Shown: positions 37,619 to 47,760, counted from the stretch's first letter. The stretch is DNA of 64,000 nt from an uncultured Phycisphaeraceae bacterium (GCA_964542875.1 CAZIWA010000014.1:1-64000); one strand, 5' to 3'. The notes: a model not told the origin generated them from the letters alone. Numbers and translations are program-made.

Positions 37619-40600
37619 TCATTCAAAAAGCAGGATCTCTCCTTCTTGAAGCAGGGGCAGCGTCACCACGATGTCCTTTCCATCGGCCTTAAACGGCACT
37701 TCCTTGTCCGTCGCAGCCGAATACACGCGCTTAATACCCGACAGATCCTTCACACGAACCGGTACGTCATGCGCTTCGGCGATCTCCTTGGTGCCCCGTG
37801 TGCCCTTGTTGGACTTCACCAGCCCGCCAAACTCATACGCCCAGTTCATCAGGATCAGCGCCTTGGCGTTGCCCTGCCCTTCCAGCAGCACCGTTTCCAC
37901 GTTGGCCAGCGGCACGTCCGTCCGGGGGGTCACTTTTTCCAGCGCAGGCTTGGAGATAAACCCAAGCGCTTCCGCCTTGTACGCCTTCACCATGTCCAAT
38001 TGGCCCGTCAGGTTGGGAGCCATGTAATCCAATCCGGGGAAGAACCCCAGCGTGATCACCTGGCCCTTGCCCAGCTTGCGCAGCGTTCCCGCGGGCTTCC
38101 CGTCGGAAAACGTCGCCACCACCTCGGTCCCAGGCGCGGGCACCAGCACTTCACGGCCAAGCTCCGGCTGAATCACCGCGCCGGCGAAAATCCCCGTGCC
38201 CGTCACCGGACCGGTCACCGTCGGTTTGGTCACCATCGAGGTTTCGCTCATGAAGTTGGAATACCCCGTCGCGCCGTACACACCCACCCTGCGCCAGATT
38301 TCCGGCGCATTACGTGAGCTTAGGCCCAGCAGGTCCAGCAGGTCTTTGCGAGGCGTATTCACCTCATCGGCCACCAGGCCGTAGCCCGCCGTGTAAAGCG
38401 TGCCGCCTTGTTCCACAAACGCCTTGAGCTTGGGAATCGACTTGGCCGTGATGTTGGGCCCCATCACATAAAGCACCTTGTAGGCTGAAAGATCGTTCTT
38501 CTCCAGCATCACTTCATCAAGCGGGTCGATCATCACCTTCGCATGCCGAAGACCGGTGTACATCCACTTGCAGTTTTCCCATGCCGGCGCCCACGCATCG
38601 CCCGCGCCCTGACGCCGCCAGAACTCCGATGACCTCGGCTGCACAAGGCCCACCTGAATTTTTTCTGCAATCGGCCGTTTATAGATATGCGGCTCCACCC
38701 GGGCGATCATCGCCGCGGCACGGCTGCACGTGGAAAGCAGGTCCAGGCTCCCGGAGAACCCGTCGCCCTTCCAGTAGTCAGGCCCATATGTGTAAAGGAA
38801 GATCATCTGCGCGCCGCGGGAGCATGACGCCAGGATGCGCTGGATCGGCGCCCCGCGATGCGGCTTCACATAGATGCCCAGCTTCGTCCCCTGCTCCTTG
38901 CCCATCACCCGGCCCACGTCCAGCAGGTAGCCGTCCCAGTTCCACACCCGGACATCCCGGTTGCTGGTCTCGTGGACAAATCCGTTGTCGGCGTAACGGT
39001 AGAAGTCGAAAAAATCCAGGCTGGCGCCGCCCATCAGGAAGGTATTGCCGCGCAGCGCATAGCTGTAGAGATAGGGCTGCTTGGCCTCTGGGGTCCCCGG
39101 TGCCGCCTTGTCTTTTTTCTCGTTCTCCGCCGCCATCGCGTTACGCAGCCGGGTGAACATCTGCGCACTGGCGAAGTTGGTGAACAATGACTGGTAATAC
39201 ACGACCCGGGCTTTTTGCTTATTGGTCTTCCAGCCCAGGTTTTCTTCGTCCCTGGTGTCCAGCGGCTTAACCTGATCCCACTCGCTCTGGCCCACATCTT
39301 CGGGCTCTACACCCTGGAGTTTGAGGTAATTGCGGAACTCATCCTGGCAGCGCGTGCAGGTGGCCAGGTGCGACCCCTTTTCCGCGGTTCGGCCGTACAC
39401 CTGGCCGATTTCGTCCACCGTCAGCGCCCATACTTCCTGCACCGGGCTCTGCTTGTTTCGGTCCACTGCCTGCTGGGCCGCCTCTTGCTTGATCTGCACG
39501 ATGCCTTCTTTAAATGGGCACCCCGCATCGCCTTCGTTGTAGCTGGCCTCAGAATCGAACGATCCCGAGACATAGCCGCCCCCCCCGCCGATGCGTCCGC
39601 GTTTGAACTCCGCCCCGATTCCCTTATTTTCCCGGATCCACTCATACAGGAACGACGGCCCGGAGCGCAGCCCGTTGATCCCGATCTGCCGGACCGTGCG
39701 CAGTTCCAATTCGCTGATCGCAGGGTTGGTGTGCCGGATCTTGTACCCCGAGCCCTGGCCGTAGCCGCCCAGGTCGGTCACGAAAAAGAACAGCGTCGGC
39801 TTGGGCCCTTTGGCCCAGGGCAGGTTCTCAAGGAAGTTCGTCCGGTTCTGCACGTATTCCTTGAGGCCAATCACGCCCGCGAGGAACTTGGGGTCTTCCG
39901 GCGTCACACCCGCTGTCAGCGTGGTGATCCGAAGGGAAAGCTCCACCGTCGCGCCCGTGACGCCGGATTCCCGGATCGTCTTAAGCGTCTTACCCTGCCA
40001 TGAGATTTCAAATTCAAAGTCCGCCGACACCGGCCCCAGGCTCCCGGTCCCGTCCAGGACATTGCGTCCTTTGCCGGGCTTGTGCGCCGTCACCGTCAGC
40101 ATGCGCATCCCATACTTCTTCCCGAACGTGTCCAGCGGCAGCCACTGCGACCACTGCCCCACGGCCAGCTTGTCCCCCAGGTCATCGGGGTCTTCAAAGC
40201 CGGTCTGTGCTTCCTTCACCGCCGGCTCATCCAGCGTCGGCAGCTTGCTGGGCTGCGGCTTGGCGTAAAACACGCCGCCGACAGGGTCGCCCCCAAGGCC
40301 TTCCCCACCGTAGCGCCACTTGATCACCAGCGGCCCGGGAAACGCGCTCTTGGCCACCCTCGCCCGGATCTTCACGTCATCCGGCATGGCATACGTGCGA
40401 TCCAGCACCTCAGGCTCGGTTTCCTCTTCCACGTCCACTTCTTCGCGCGGCGCCCCGGGTTCCTTGGGCGCAGCCTCTTTGGCCTCTGCCTTGGGCGCCG
40501 TCGCCTCAGCCTTGACGGGCGCCTTCGCAGGTGCCTTTGCGGCCTTCTTGGCCCCCTGCGCCATCGCCCCCGGCGTTCCCGTTGCCACAGCCAACACCAA

Positions 40601-40633
40601 AACCGCCAAACCAATCAATCCATGAATCTTCAT
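37619..40633 (-). CDS. large secreted protein (1004 aa), possibly glycoside-hydrolase-associated
   Basis: Signal peptide, then an Ala/Lys/Pro-rich linker, then a large globular region. A C-terminal stretch (GGTLYTAGYGL...) loosely recalls the beta-galactosidase trimerisation/GATase1-like fold. Last gene of a co-directional three-gene cluster. Confidence 0.65.
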   Translation of the reverse strand: MKIHGLIGLAVLVLAVATGTPGAMAQGAKKAAKAPAKAPVKAEATAPKAEAKEAAPKEPGAPREEVDVEEETEPEVLDRTYAMPDDVKIRARVAKSAFPGPLVIKWRYGGEGLGGDPVGGVFYAKPQPSKLPTLDEPAVKEAQTGFEDPDDLGDKLAVGQWSQWLPLDTFGKKYGMRMLTVTAHKPGKGRNVLDGTGSLGPVSADFEFEISWQGKTLKTIRESGVTGATVELSLRITTLTAGVTPEDPKFLAGVIGLKEYVQNRTNFLENLPWAKGPKPTLFFFVTDLGGYGQGSGYKIRHTNPAISELELRTVRQIGINGLRSGPSFLYEWIRENKGIGAEFKRGRIGGGGGYVSGSFDSEASYNEGDAGCPFKEGIVQIKQEAAQQAVDRNKQSPVQEVWALTVDEIGQVYGRTAEKGSHLATCTRCQDEFRNYLKLQGVEPEDVGQSEWDQVKPLDTRDEENLGWKTNKQKARVVYYQSLFTNFASAQMFTRLRNAMAAENEKKDKAAPGTPEAKQPYLYSYALRGNTFLMGGASLDFFDFYRYADNGFVHETSNRDVRVWNWDGYLLDVGRVMGKEQGTKLGIYVKPHRGAPIQRILASCSRGAQMIFLYTYGPDYWKGDGFSGSLDLLSTCSRAAAMIARVEPHIYKRPIAEKIQVGLVQPRSSEFWRRQGAGDAWAPAWENCKWMYTGLRHAKVMIDPLDEVMLEKNDLSAYKVLYVMGPNITAKSIPKLKAFVEQGGTLYTAGYGLVADEVNTPRKDLLDLLGLSSRNAPEIWRRVGVYGATGYSNFMSETSMVTKPTVTGPVTGTGIFAGAVIQPELGREVLVPAPGTEVVATFSDGKPAGTLRKLGKGQVITLGFFPGLDYMAPNLTGQLDMVKAYKAEALGFISKPALEKVTPRTDVPLANVETVLLEGQGNAKALILMNWAYEFGGLVKSNKGTRGTKEIAEAHDVPVRVKDLSGIKRVYSAATDKEVPFKADGKDIVVTLPLLQEGEILLFE

Positions 40634-40653
40634 ATCTCAAAACCTTTGCCTGC

Positions 40654-41505
40654 TTATTTCTTCCAGCAATATCCCTGGCCCTGCCACCCCGTCGCATTGT
40701 CGGCCCGCCATTGGCGCCATTCGCCATGCCCGTCAGCCATCACGTGATTCGCCCCTTGCGGCACATCACTGCTTGAGCTGGACCGGTGCCCATTTCTTCC
40801 CACCTGGAGAAAGCTCGTATTGGCCGAATACAAAAGCCCTGATCCACCCACGTTGTCCACGTAGAGGATGCGCTCCGACACGTTCTTGTACCGCTCGAGC
40901 CGCACCACGGGAGTCGGGTCGTTGGAGTTGTCTCCATCCCCGTCGGGGTTGGCCGTTCCCCTCCCGATGCGCCCGGTGTTGAGGCTGTTGGGCGTGCCTG
41001 GCCCGCCGAAGTAGCTGTACCCCACCTGCGCCACGTTGTTGGAGATGGATTCCGTGCCGGTGGTGTAGTTCTCATTGTATTTTTCAGGGCGCTCTTCAAC
41101 CGTCGCCGCGATCACTCCCGGGCACCACCACAGCCGCCAGTGCGCGTTGTAGTTCAGGAACAGATACCTGCGCATGAACGCACACGTGTACATGCGCCCA
41201 AAGTCATCAGTGACATTGTTGTCGATATAGATGCTGGAGATCGTCTTGTTGCTCCCGCCTGTAATGGGATCAGGCGTGTATTGTTTGAAATCAATGGTGT
41301 ACTGCACCGTCCCCAGCGCCAGTTGACGCAGATTCGCCGCACACACCACGCGCCTTCCCTGCTCCCTCGCCGAGGTCAACGCCGGCACCAGCATCGCCAT
41401 CAGCACGCCGATGATGGCGATCACCACCAGCAGTTCAACAAGCGTAAAGCCTCTGGGCCTACGCCCGGCGCCGGTGCAGCCACCCGCTTTTTGAGTGCTT
41501 GTCAT
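40654..41505 (-). CDS. DUF1559-type prepilin-like protein (H-X9-DG)
   Basis: N-terminus RGFTLVELLVVIAIIGVLMAMLVPAL. C-terminal HVMADGHGEW. Confidence 0.8.
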   Translation of the reverse strand: MTSTQKAGGCTGAGRRPRGFTLVELLVVIAIIGVLMAMLVPALTSAREQGRRVVCAANLRQLALGTVQYTIDFKQYTPDPITGGSNKTISSIYIDNNVTDDFGRMYTCAFMRRYLFLNYNAHWRLWWCPGVIAATVEERPEKYNENYTTGTESISNNVAQVGYSYFGGPGTPNSLNTGRIGRGTANPDGDGDNSNDPTPVVRLERYKNVSERILYVDNVGGSGLLYSANTSFLQVGRNGHRSSSSSDVPQGANHVMADGHGEWRQWRADNATGWQGQGYCWKK

Positions 41506-41532
41506 GGAAGCCTTTCGTGGTTGATCTCTGCT

Positions 41533-43395
41533 TTACACGCTCGTCAGTTCAGCCCGACCGCCTGAAGGAATGTTGATCTCCCGCGAACCCGCGGCCAGCA
41601 CCCCTTCGTGAACGCTCTTGCCGTCACGGTTCCACACCTGGATGCGCTTATTGCCCACCGTCGGGGTCTCCAGCAGCAGCGTCTCCAGGCCTGTTCCGTT
41701 GAGCACATGCAGCCGCTTGCCCGTCGGCAGCGCGATCACGCGCGCCTGCCGCAGCGCAGCCACCCATTTGCTTCCTTCCACGCCGCCCGCCCACACATCC
41801 TGGTCCAGCGTCAGGGGGCGCCGCGGCGCCATGAACATCTCAACGTGATCGTTATAGAAGTGCAGCCAGTGGCCGATCGGCGCAAGCTGCTCATCCGTGA
41901 ACCGTTCCAGGTCCATGCTGTACGTAGGCACGCCCAGAGCCACGGACTTAAGCGCCAGCAGCGCCATGTGCCGCGGCTCGCTGTGTACGCTGGTCACCAC
42001 CGGGTCCACGTGCACGCAACGGGCAAACGCCTGGGTGTATGAGCAGCGCAGGTTATTGGAGTCCATGTCGTACGCCGTATCCCCGGCGCGCACCATCGTG
42101 CCGTGCCGCGCCAGCCGGACATTGCCGTAATCCTGCTTGAGCTCCATGATCGCATCGGCCCGGGCCTCCAGCGCGCCTTCCCACACCGCGGCCATCACCG
42201 CGTCCACCCCGCGAACCGGATCGCTGATGTCATGCGTGTGCTCAGTGGAATCGCACATCTGGTCGCTCAGGCAGTTGTACAAGTCCACTTTCAGGCCGTC
42301 GGCGCCGTACTGCTTAAACAGCCGGTACGTCTCCGCCCGGGCGTAGTCGCGCACATCCTTGTTGCAGGGGCAAAGCTGGTGCATGCCGTTGACGCTCAAA
42401 AAGTCCGTCCCGCCCTTGCGCTGAAACAGCCGCTTGAGCTTCGGCGCAACCTTCGCCTCCGGCGCCACGCAAAGCGGTGCGTGCCACAACAGGAACTTGA
42501 GCCCCATTGCCTGCACACGCTTCACTAACCCAGGCAGGTCCGGCAGTTTCACCGGGTCCGGATAGTAATCGCCGTGATTGATCGTCCGCTGGTGAGGTGC
42601 GCCGTAATCATCATCCAAGCCCGGGCCAAACCAGCCGTCATCCAGAATGATCGTCCCGATGCCCAGCTTCTTGGCCACGCGTGCATTGGCCAGCACGCGC
42701 TCTTCGGTCATCTCTGCGCTGGGGAACGCCGTCCACGTGCACCACACCGGCCGCCACGCGTCCGGATGGTGAGGCTGCGAAATCCCCTCTGTCTTTTCGA
42801 TCGTCCCGGTGTACTCCCGCAATGCTTCAAACCACGATGTCTGCTGCCGGGTCATGTAGATCGGCACGCTGCTCACAGGCTTGCTCGGCGTCCATTCAAA
42901 CGCCAGGCCCAGGTGCTCATCGCCCCCCACCATGGCCTTGCGCTGGCTGATCACCGGCAGCACGCGCTTGATCTCCACCGCGCCATCGGCGTCCAGCAGG
43001 CCAAACGCGAACATGCACGGGCCGGATTCCGACATCAACGCGAAAAACGGGTGCCCTGCGTTGGGCGCGGTAATCCGAAAAAGCCCCGCCCGGATGTCCA
43101 AGGCCTTCATGGAGTTCACGTAATGCCGTCCGCAGTCGGGAATCACCACCCGCGCATAGTTCAAAAGCGGCACGCACACCGTCAGCCTCAGCTTGCCGGT
43201 CGTCGGTTCCGCCAGCGTCACTTTCCCAAGCGCCGTGCCCGCTGCCATCAGTTCCCCAAACGGATTACGGGCCTCGGCCACCTGTTCCCACCCGCCCGAA
43301 GTCTCTTTTTCCAGCCGGATCACATAAGGGTGCTGTTTCCACACGGGCCCCGAAACGGACACCGTTGATTTAGGCTGGGTGCTTGTGCTCGTCAC
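41533..43395 (-). CDS. alpha-galactosidase/melibiase-like glycoside hydrolase (clan GH-D, GH27/GH36-like)
   Basis: IILDDGWFG and GLKVDLYNC motifs (DDGW and KxD nucleophile region) are typical of melibiase-family enzymes. 620 aa. Confidence 0.65.
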   Translation of the reverse strand: MTSTSTQPKSTVSVSGPVWKQHPYVIRLEKETSGGWEQVAEARNPFGELMAAGTALGKVTLAEPTTGKLRLTVCVPLLNYARVVIPDCGRHYVNSMKALDIRAGLFRITAPNAGHPFFALMSESGPCMFAFGLLDADGAVEIKRVLPVISQRKAMVGGDEHLGLAFEWTPSKPVSSVPIYMTRQQTSWFEALREYTGTIEKTEGISQPHHPDAWRPVWCTWTAFPSAEMTEERVLANARVAKKLGIGTIILDDGWFGPGLDDDYGAPHQRTINHGDYYPDPVKLPDLPGLVKRVQAMGLKFLLWHAPLCVAPEAKVAPKLKRLFQRKGGTDFLSVNGMHQLCPCNKDVRDYARAETYRLFKQYGADGLKVDLYNCLSDQMCDSTEHTHDISDPVRGVDAVMAAVWEGALEARADAIMELKQDYGNVRLARHGTMVRAGDTAYDMDSNNLRCSYTQAFARCVHVDPVVTSVHSEPRHMALLALKSVALGVPTYSMDLERFTDEQLAPIGHWLHFYNDHVEMFMAPRRPLTLDQDVWAGGVEGSKWVAALRQARVIALPTGKRLHVLNGTGLETLLLETPTVGNKRIQVWNRDGKSVHEGVLAAGSREINIPSGGRAELTSV

Positions 43396-43551
43396 GCATG
43401 GTCTCCCGACTTGTCGTCGCTGTTAACTGGTTAAAAAACAACCTAGGTTAACAATAACGCAAAATCTGGATTCGGCAAGCGCTTATTGGCCCAATCCAGG
43501 CCCTGCGGTACCATTCGATGGCATCCACCCACTCCGGAGGTTGTCAACAAC

Positions 43552-44622
43552 ATGTCTGATTCCACCCCCATCAATCCTTTCGCCCGCACCCAGGACACCC
43601 CAAACCCCGAGTCGCAAAGCCACATTCCCCCATCCCTCCCCCTTCAAGACACCTTCTCCGCCAATCCCAGCGCCGGCACAGGCATGGTTCCCATCGCCCT
43701 CGCCTGCCTCATCTTTGCCTACGTCCCCATCGCCTTCTACGTGGTCCTTCAGATCCCCGGCGAACAACTCGTCATCCTCAACGTCTTCACCACTGCCCCC
43801 TGCATCGGCGCCTGCTTCCTTCTCTTCATCGGCCTGGGCATGCGCAAAACGCCCAAAACCATCATCGTGAACTCCCAAGGCCTCACCATCCATTCCCGCG
43901 GCAACAAGACAGTCTCCCACACCTGGGATCAAGTCGCCTGGCTCAAGCGCGAAAGCGCGGACGTGGCCATCGGCCCGTTCCTGAATGTCTATAACACCGC
44001 CGGCAAGGTCATCCTCACCGTCCCCTTTGGCTTCCCCGATGCTGACGGCCTTGCCAAAGCCATCGAGCAATACCTGGCCCGGAAAGTCGACCCCACCGTC
44101 ACCCAGTCCGTCGTCACCAAAACCTCCAGGAAAAAGGCCTACTGGCAAATCCCCTCCGCCGCCTTCATGTATTTCCTCTGCGTCGGCTCCGCATGGCTCT
44201 CCTGGAACCTCCATACCACCCAAACCGAGTACGCCGCATTCGCCGTCCCCGGCGTCGCCACCATCTCCGAAACCTTCATCGCCCCCGATGGCCGCACCAC
44301 CCGCATCAGAATCAAAATGACAGGCGAAAACGGCAAAGTCGGCGAAGACAACATCGAAATCGACCCCCTCATCTGGAAAGCCATGAAAGTCGGCGACCCC
44401 TTCCCCGTCACCTACGTCCCTCAAAACCCCGATAACATCCAGCCCGTGTTCACCGGCATCAAACCCAAAGCCCCTGAAAGCCCTTGGTTTTTAGGCCTCG
44501 CCAGCGTCGTCTGGTTCGTCTTCGCACTCTTCCTCACCATTTCCGCAGTCCTCACCTACCAGGGCTACGACCTCGTCCTGGACTCCAAATCGCCCATGGG
44601 ATTCAAAAAAGTCCGCGTCTGA
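43552..44622 (+). CDS. DUF3592-like membrane protein, tandem paralogue A
   Basis: ATG at 43552. TM helices flank a beta-rich module ending PFPVTYVPQNPDNIQPV, which matches the DUF3592-type P-x-x-P / ...Y.P.NP signature. Shares a roughly 60-aa colinear block with the next gene. Confidence 0.6.
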   Translation: MSDSTPINPFARTQDTPNPESQSHIPPSLPLQDTFSANPSAGTGMVPIALACLIFAYVPIAFYVVLQIPGEQLVILNVFTTAPCIGACFLLFIGLGMRKTPKTIIVNSQGLTIHSRGNKTVSHTWDQVAWLKRESADVAIGPFLNVYNTAGKVILTVPFGFPDADGLAKAIEQYLARKVDPTVTQSVVTKTSRKKAYWQIPSAAFMYFLCVGSAWLSWNLHTTQTEYAAFAVPGVATISETFIAPDGRTTRIRIKMTGENGKVGEDNIEIDPLIWKAMKVGDPFPVTYVPQNPDNIQPVFTGIKPKAPESPWFLGLASVVWFVFALFLTISAVLTYQGYDLVLDSKSPMGFKKVRV

Positions 44623-44659
44623 TACGACCATCCTTATCAGCCCTTTCCGGAGCCCTCTT

Positions 44660-45679
44660 TTGTCCCCAGACACCCCCTCATCCCCGCCGCCTCGCTTCAC
44701 CGTCACCTGGGAAGCCGACACCTGGAAAAACGCGCCTTACATGACGTTTGGCGGCCTCTTCCTGGTCATCGCCGGCCTCGCCGGAGTCATCTACGCCATC
44801 GTCGTTCTCGACCGCATGGCGGTCGTATACGCCATGGTGGTCCCCATGGTCATTGGCCACCTGCTCTTTTCCGCGGGCCGAAAAATCCTCCACATCCCCC
44901 AATCCCTCACCCTCGACGAAACCGGCATCACCTTCGTCGACCGCTCCGGCATCCCCCAATCCCACCCTTGGACCCAATTCGCCTGGGTTGAACGCCGTTA
45001 CGAACAGTACACCACCATCGACTTCCTCTATTTCTGCGACGCCTCCGGCGCCTCCCGCTTCAAACTCCCCGCAGCCATCCTTCAACTTCCAAACCTCCCC
45101 GCTGTCCTGAGCCATTACATCACCGTCCAATCCCCCCCGCCCCCTCCCAAAACCGCCATTGATCTCAAACACCGCCGCTACGGCCGCTGGGCCACCATCG
45201 GCGGCATCTTCGCCCTGCTGCTGGGTTCCTTCCAGATCGGCCTCCCCACCTACCTCTACCTCCGCGCCGGCCAGCTCGCCCGGCACGGCGTACCCGGCCA
45301 AGCCATCGTCACCGAACGCTATCTCGCCCCCAACGGCACCACCACCCGCATCTCCATCAAAATCAAAGGTGATTCCGGCAAGGAAGGCACCGGAGACTTC
45401 GCCATCGATCCAGACGCCTGGGACACCCTCGCCGTCGGCGACACCTTCCCCGTCCTCTACGTTCCCCACAACCCCGGCAACAATAAACCCATTTCCTCCG
45501 GCATAGATTTAGGCAATGGGCCTGACCCCAAACAACTCATCGCCATGGGCGTCGTCGCCCTCTGCTTGGGCTTTTACTTCCTTGTTTCAGGCATTAAAGC
45601 CCTCCGCACACCCCCCGCCGACCCGACTTCTCCACCGTCCGCATCCCCTCAAAATTCGTCCATCAACATCCAAATTTGA
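44660..45679 (+). CDS. DUF3592-like membrane protein, tandem paralogue B
   Basis: ERYLAPNGTTTRISIKIKGDSGKEGTGDFAIDPDAWDTLAVGDTFPVLYVPHNPGNNKPI aligns colinearly with ETFIAPDGRTTRIRIKMTGENGKVGEDNIEIDPLIWKAMKVGDPFPVTYVPQNPDNIQPV in the previous gene. Confidence 0.6.
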   Translation: MSPDTPSSPPPRFTVTWEADTWKNAPYMTFGGLFLVIAGLAGVIYAIVVLDRMAVVYAMVVPMVIGHLLFSAGRKILHIPQSLTLDETGITFVDRSGIPQSHPWTQFAWVERRYEQYTTIDFLYFCDASGASRFKLPAAILQLPNLPAVLSHYITVQSPPPPPKTAIDLKHRRYGRWATIGGIFALLLGSFQIGLPTYLYLRAGQLARHGVPGQAIVTERYLAPNGTTTRISIKIKGDSGKEGTGDFAIDPDAWDTLAVGDTFPVLYVPHNPGNNKPISSGIDLGNGPDPKQLIAMGVVALCLGFYFLVSGIKALRTPPADPTSPPSASPQNSSINIQI

Positions 45680-45737
45680 ATCCTTGACTTTTCATCTCTT
45701 TATCGGACAATGACGCATGTTCACAAGGAGGTGAACT

Positions 45738-46541
45738 TTGACCACCATGGATGGAAGGTCAGTGCGTCCCACGCCCTCTACGCAGCTCTCTCGCGAGCAG
45801 ATCATGCAAGCCACCATGGCATGCCTGACGCAGGACGGCTACGACGCCACGACCATACGCAGGATCGCCGCGCGCCTGGATTGCGCGGTCGGATCCATCT
45901 ACCGTTATTACACCGACAAGCACGAACTTCTCTCCGTTGTCACTCAGCAGGCCCTCGCGCCTGTGGTGATCGCGCTGGAAGCCGGCGAGTCATTCCACCA
46001 CAGCATCGGCCACTATCATCGGATCGTCTCGCAACACCCCGAGACGTACCGCTTGATGTTCTGGCTCGCATGCCACGACCCTCAAAGCCCGGTTGCCGCC
46101 GGCCCTCACGCACCCGCTGCGGTCGGCCAGCAGCCCCCCACCGGCCACTTTGATACATCCCGTGTGCCCCTCGTGGTCAACCGGATCATCAAAGGCTGGG
46201 CCAAACAGCTCGACAGCTTTGACGACGCCAGCTACGTCTGGGCCGTGCTCCACGGCATGGTCCTTCTGGGCGGCACCGTGCAGGACGTCTTCGACGCCGT
46301 CGCACCCCGCCTGGCTGGCGCCATCACCAGCAAATTCGGCGAACCCGAACCCGCCATCGCCCTCCCGGCCACCGACGCCGTTGCTGTCGAGGCAGCTCCG
46401 GTCCAGGAAGCCCCCCAGACCCTTCCGGTCATGGAAATCATCGTCAACCCCGCGGTGGCCATCCCCACCCCGCGCGTTGCCGTCCCCGCAGTCACCACCA
46501 CCGCAGTCGCCACGCCTCCCGAAGACGTCACACTGCTGTAA
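45738..46541 (+). CDS. TetR/AcrR-family transcription regulator
   Basis: N-terminal HTH (REQIMQATMACLTQDGYDATTIRRIAARLDCAVGSIYRYYTDKHELL) is the typical TetR signature. An Ala/Pro/Val-rich C-terminal tail follows. Confidence 0.75.
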   Translation: MTTMDGRSVRPTPSTQLSREQIMQATMACLTQDGYDATTIRRIAARLDCAVGSIYRYYTDKHELLSVVTQQALAPVVIALEAGESFHHSIGHYHRIVSQHPETYRLMFWLACHDPQSPVAAGPHAPAAVGQQPPTGHFDTSRVPLVVNRIIKGWAKQLDSFDDASYVWAVLHGMVLLGGTVQDVFDAVAPRLAGAITSKFGEPEPAIALPATDAVAVEAAPVQEAPQTLPVMEIIVNPAVAIPTPRVAVPAVTTTAVATPPEDVTLL

Positions 46542-46570
46542 CAACGCCTCAAAAAACCAAACTGATTCCC

Positions 46571-46605
46571 AAAGACAGACGGCCCCAGGCCGTCTGTCTT
46601 TCTTT
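46571..46605 (+). terminator. bidirectional Rho-independent terminator between convergent tetR-like gene and hisA
   Basis: Stem AAAGACAGACGGCC / GGCCGTCTGTCTTT (12-14 bp) with a short loop, flanked by an A-run and a T-run (TTTCTTT). Confidence 0.75.
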
Positions 46606-46865
46606 AATCATGTCTATCTTGTCTTGTAGGTCGGATTAGACGTCCTCGTCGTAATCCGACATCCCATTATTCATTTGAATGGCAAACATCACATCCCACG
46701 CCTCAACCCGAATCAATCTGAATTAATCCCAAACAACCTCTCCGCCACCTATTGCAACCCACCCTATCGCAGCGAGAAAACCATCAAGTAAATCTTGCCC
46801 ATCTTGTAAATCGTGTTAAAAAACTTTCCTTACCAAGCCCTCAAAAGCACATCTCTCTTCGCTAA

Positions 46866-46900
46866 CCAGCCCCCAGCCCCTAGACCCCAGCCCCTTCCTC
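46866..46900 (+). repeat. partial copy of a GC-rich interspersed repeat (ACCAGCCCCCAGCCCCTAGACCCCAGCCCCTTCCTC) overlapping the hisA stop codon
   Basis: Shares more than 28 nt with 49339-49378 and resembles 59260-59290. Read on the minus strand it supplies the last codons and TAG stop of hisA (...EEGAGV*). Confidence 0.6.
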
Positions 46901-47614
46901 AAGCATCTCCCTTGCCTCGCGCACTGAAAACTTATTCTCATAAATCGCCTTCCCCACGATCGCCCCCTGAATCTTCATCGTCTTCAGCCGTTTCAAATGG
47001 TCCAAAGACCCCACGCCGCCCGACGCCACCACCGGTACATCTGTCGACTCCGCCATTTGCTGCGTCGCTTCGTAGTTGGGCCCTTTAAATGTCCCATCCA
47101 CCGCGATGTCCGTATAAACGATCGCCGCCAGCGGCCACCCCTTCACATCGCGCGCAATATCAAACGCCGTACGATCCATCACCTTTTCCCACCCGCGCGT
47201 AGCCACCTTGCCGCTCTTGGCATCCAGCCCAAGCACGATCTTGTGCTTGTACGCGGCGATCTTCATCAACCCCTCAAACCACGCCCAGTTCTCAAGCGCT
47301 GCCGTCCCCAGGATCACCCGGTCCACACCTGCGGCCAGAAGCTGGTCGATGCGTTCATTGCTGCGCACCCCCCCGCCCACCTCTACTTTCAGTTTCGTCT
47401 CCAGGCACACGCGCTTGATGATCGGCAGATGCGCCAGATTCCCATCCCGCGCCCCATCCAGGTCCACCAGGTGCATCCACGTACACCCCGCCGCTTCAAA
47501 CGCCTGCGCCTGCTCCACCGCATCCACCCGGTAAATCGTCTCCTGCGCGTAATCCCCCTGGTGCAGACGAACCACCTGGCCATTGCGAAGATCAATCGAG
47601 GGGAAAAGGTACAT
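46880..47614 (-). CDS. hisA: ProFAR isomerase HisA, i.e. 1-(5-phosphoribosyl)-5-[(5-phosphoribosylamino)methylideneamino]imidazole-4-carboxamide isomerase
   Basis: Start at ATG 47614 (MYLFPSIDLRNGQVVRL...) rather than the long track ORF. A (beta/alpha)8 HisA signature runs throughout (VDLDGA..., ...GGGVRS..., ...ASGGVGSLDHL). It stands alone, outside any his operon. Confidence 0.8.
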   Translation of the reverse strand: MYLFPSIDLRNGQVVRLHQGDYAQETIYRVDAVEQAQAFEAAGCTWMHLVDLDGARDGNLAHLPIIKRVCLETKLKVEVGGGVRSNERIDQLLAAGVDRVILGTAALENWAWFEGLMKIAAYKHKIVLGLDAKSGKVATRGWEKVMDRTAFDIARDVKGWPLAAIVYTDIAVDGTFKGPNYEATQQMAESTDVPVVASGGVGSLDHLKRLKTMKIQGAIVGKAIYENKFSVREAREMLEEGAGV

Positions 47615-47760
47615 CGCGCACTCCTGTATCGGGTTCCGGTTCCGGGCTCTGAGTTCCGGGGGGCAAAAGGATAGCACATCTGTCAGGAAAAACGGGTTTC
47701 GGGTAAAGCCTAAGACCAGAAACACCCCTGCGGAAACCCTTCTCCTCTTTATTTTCTTAC

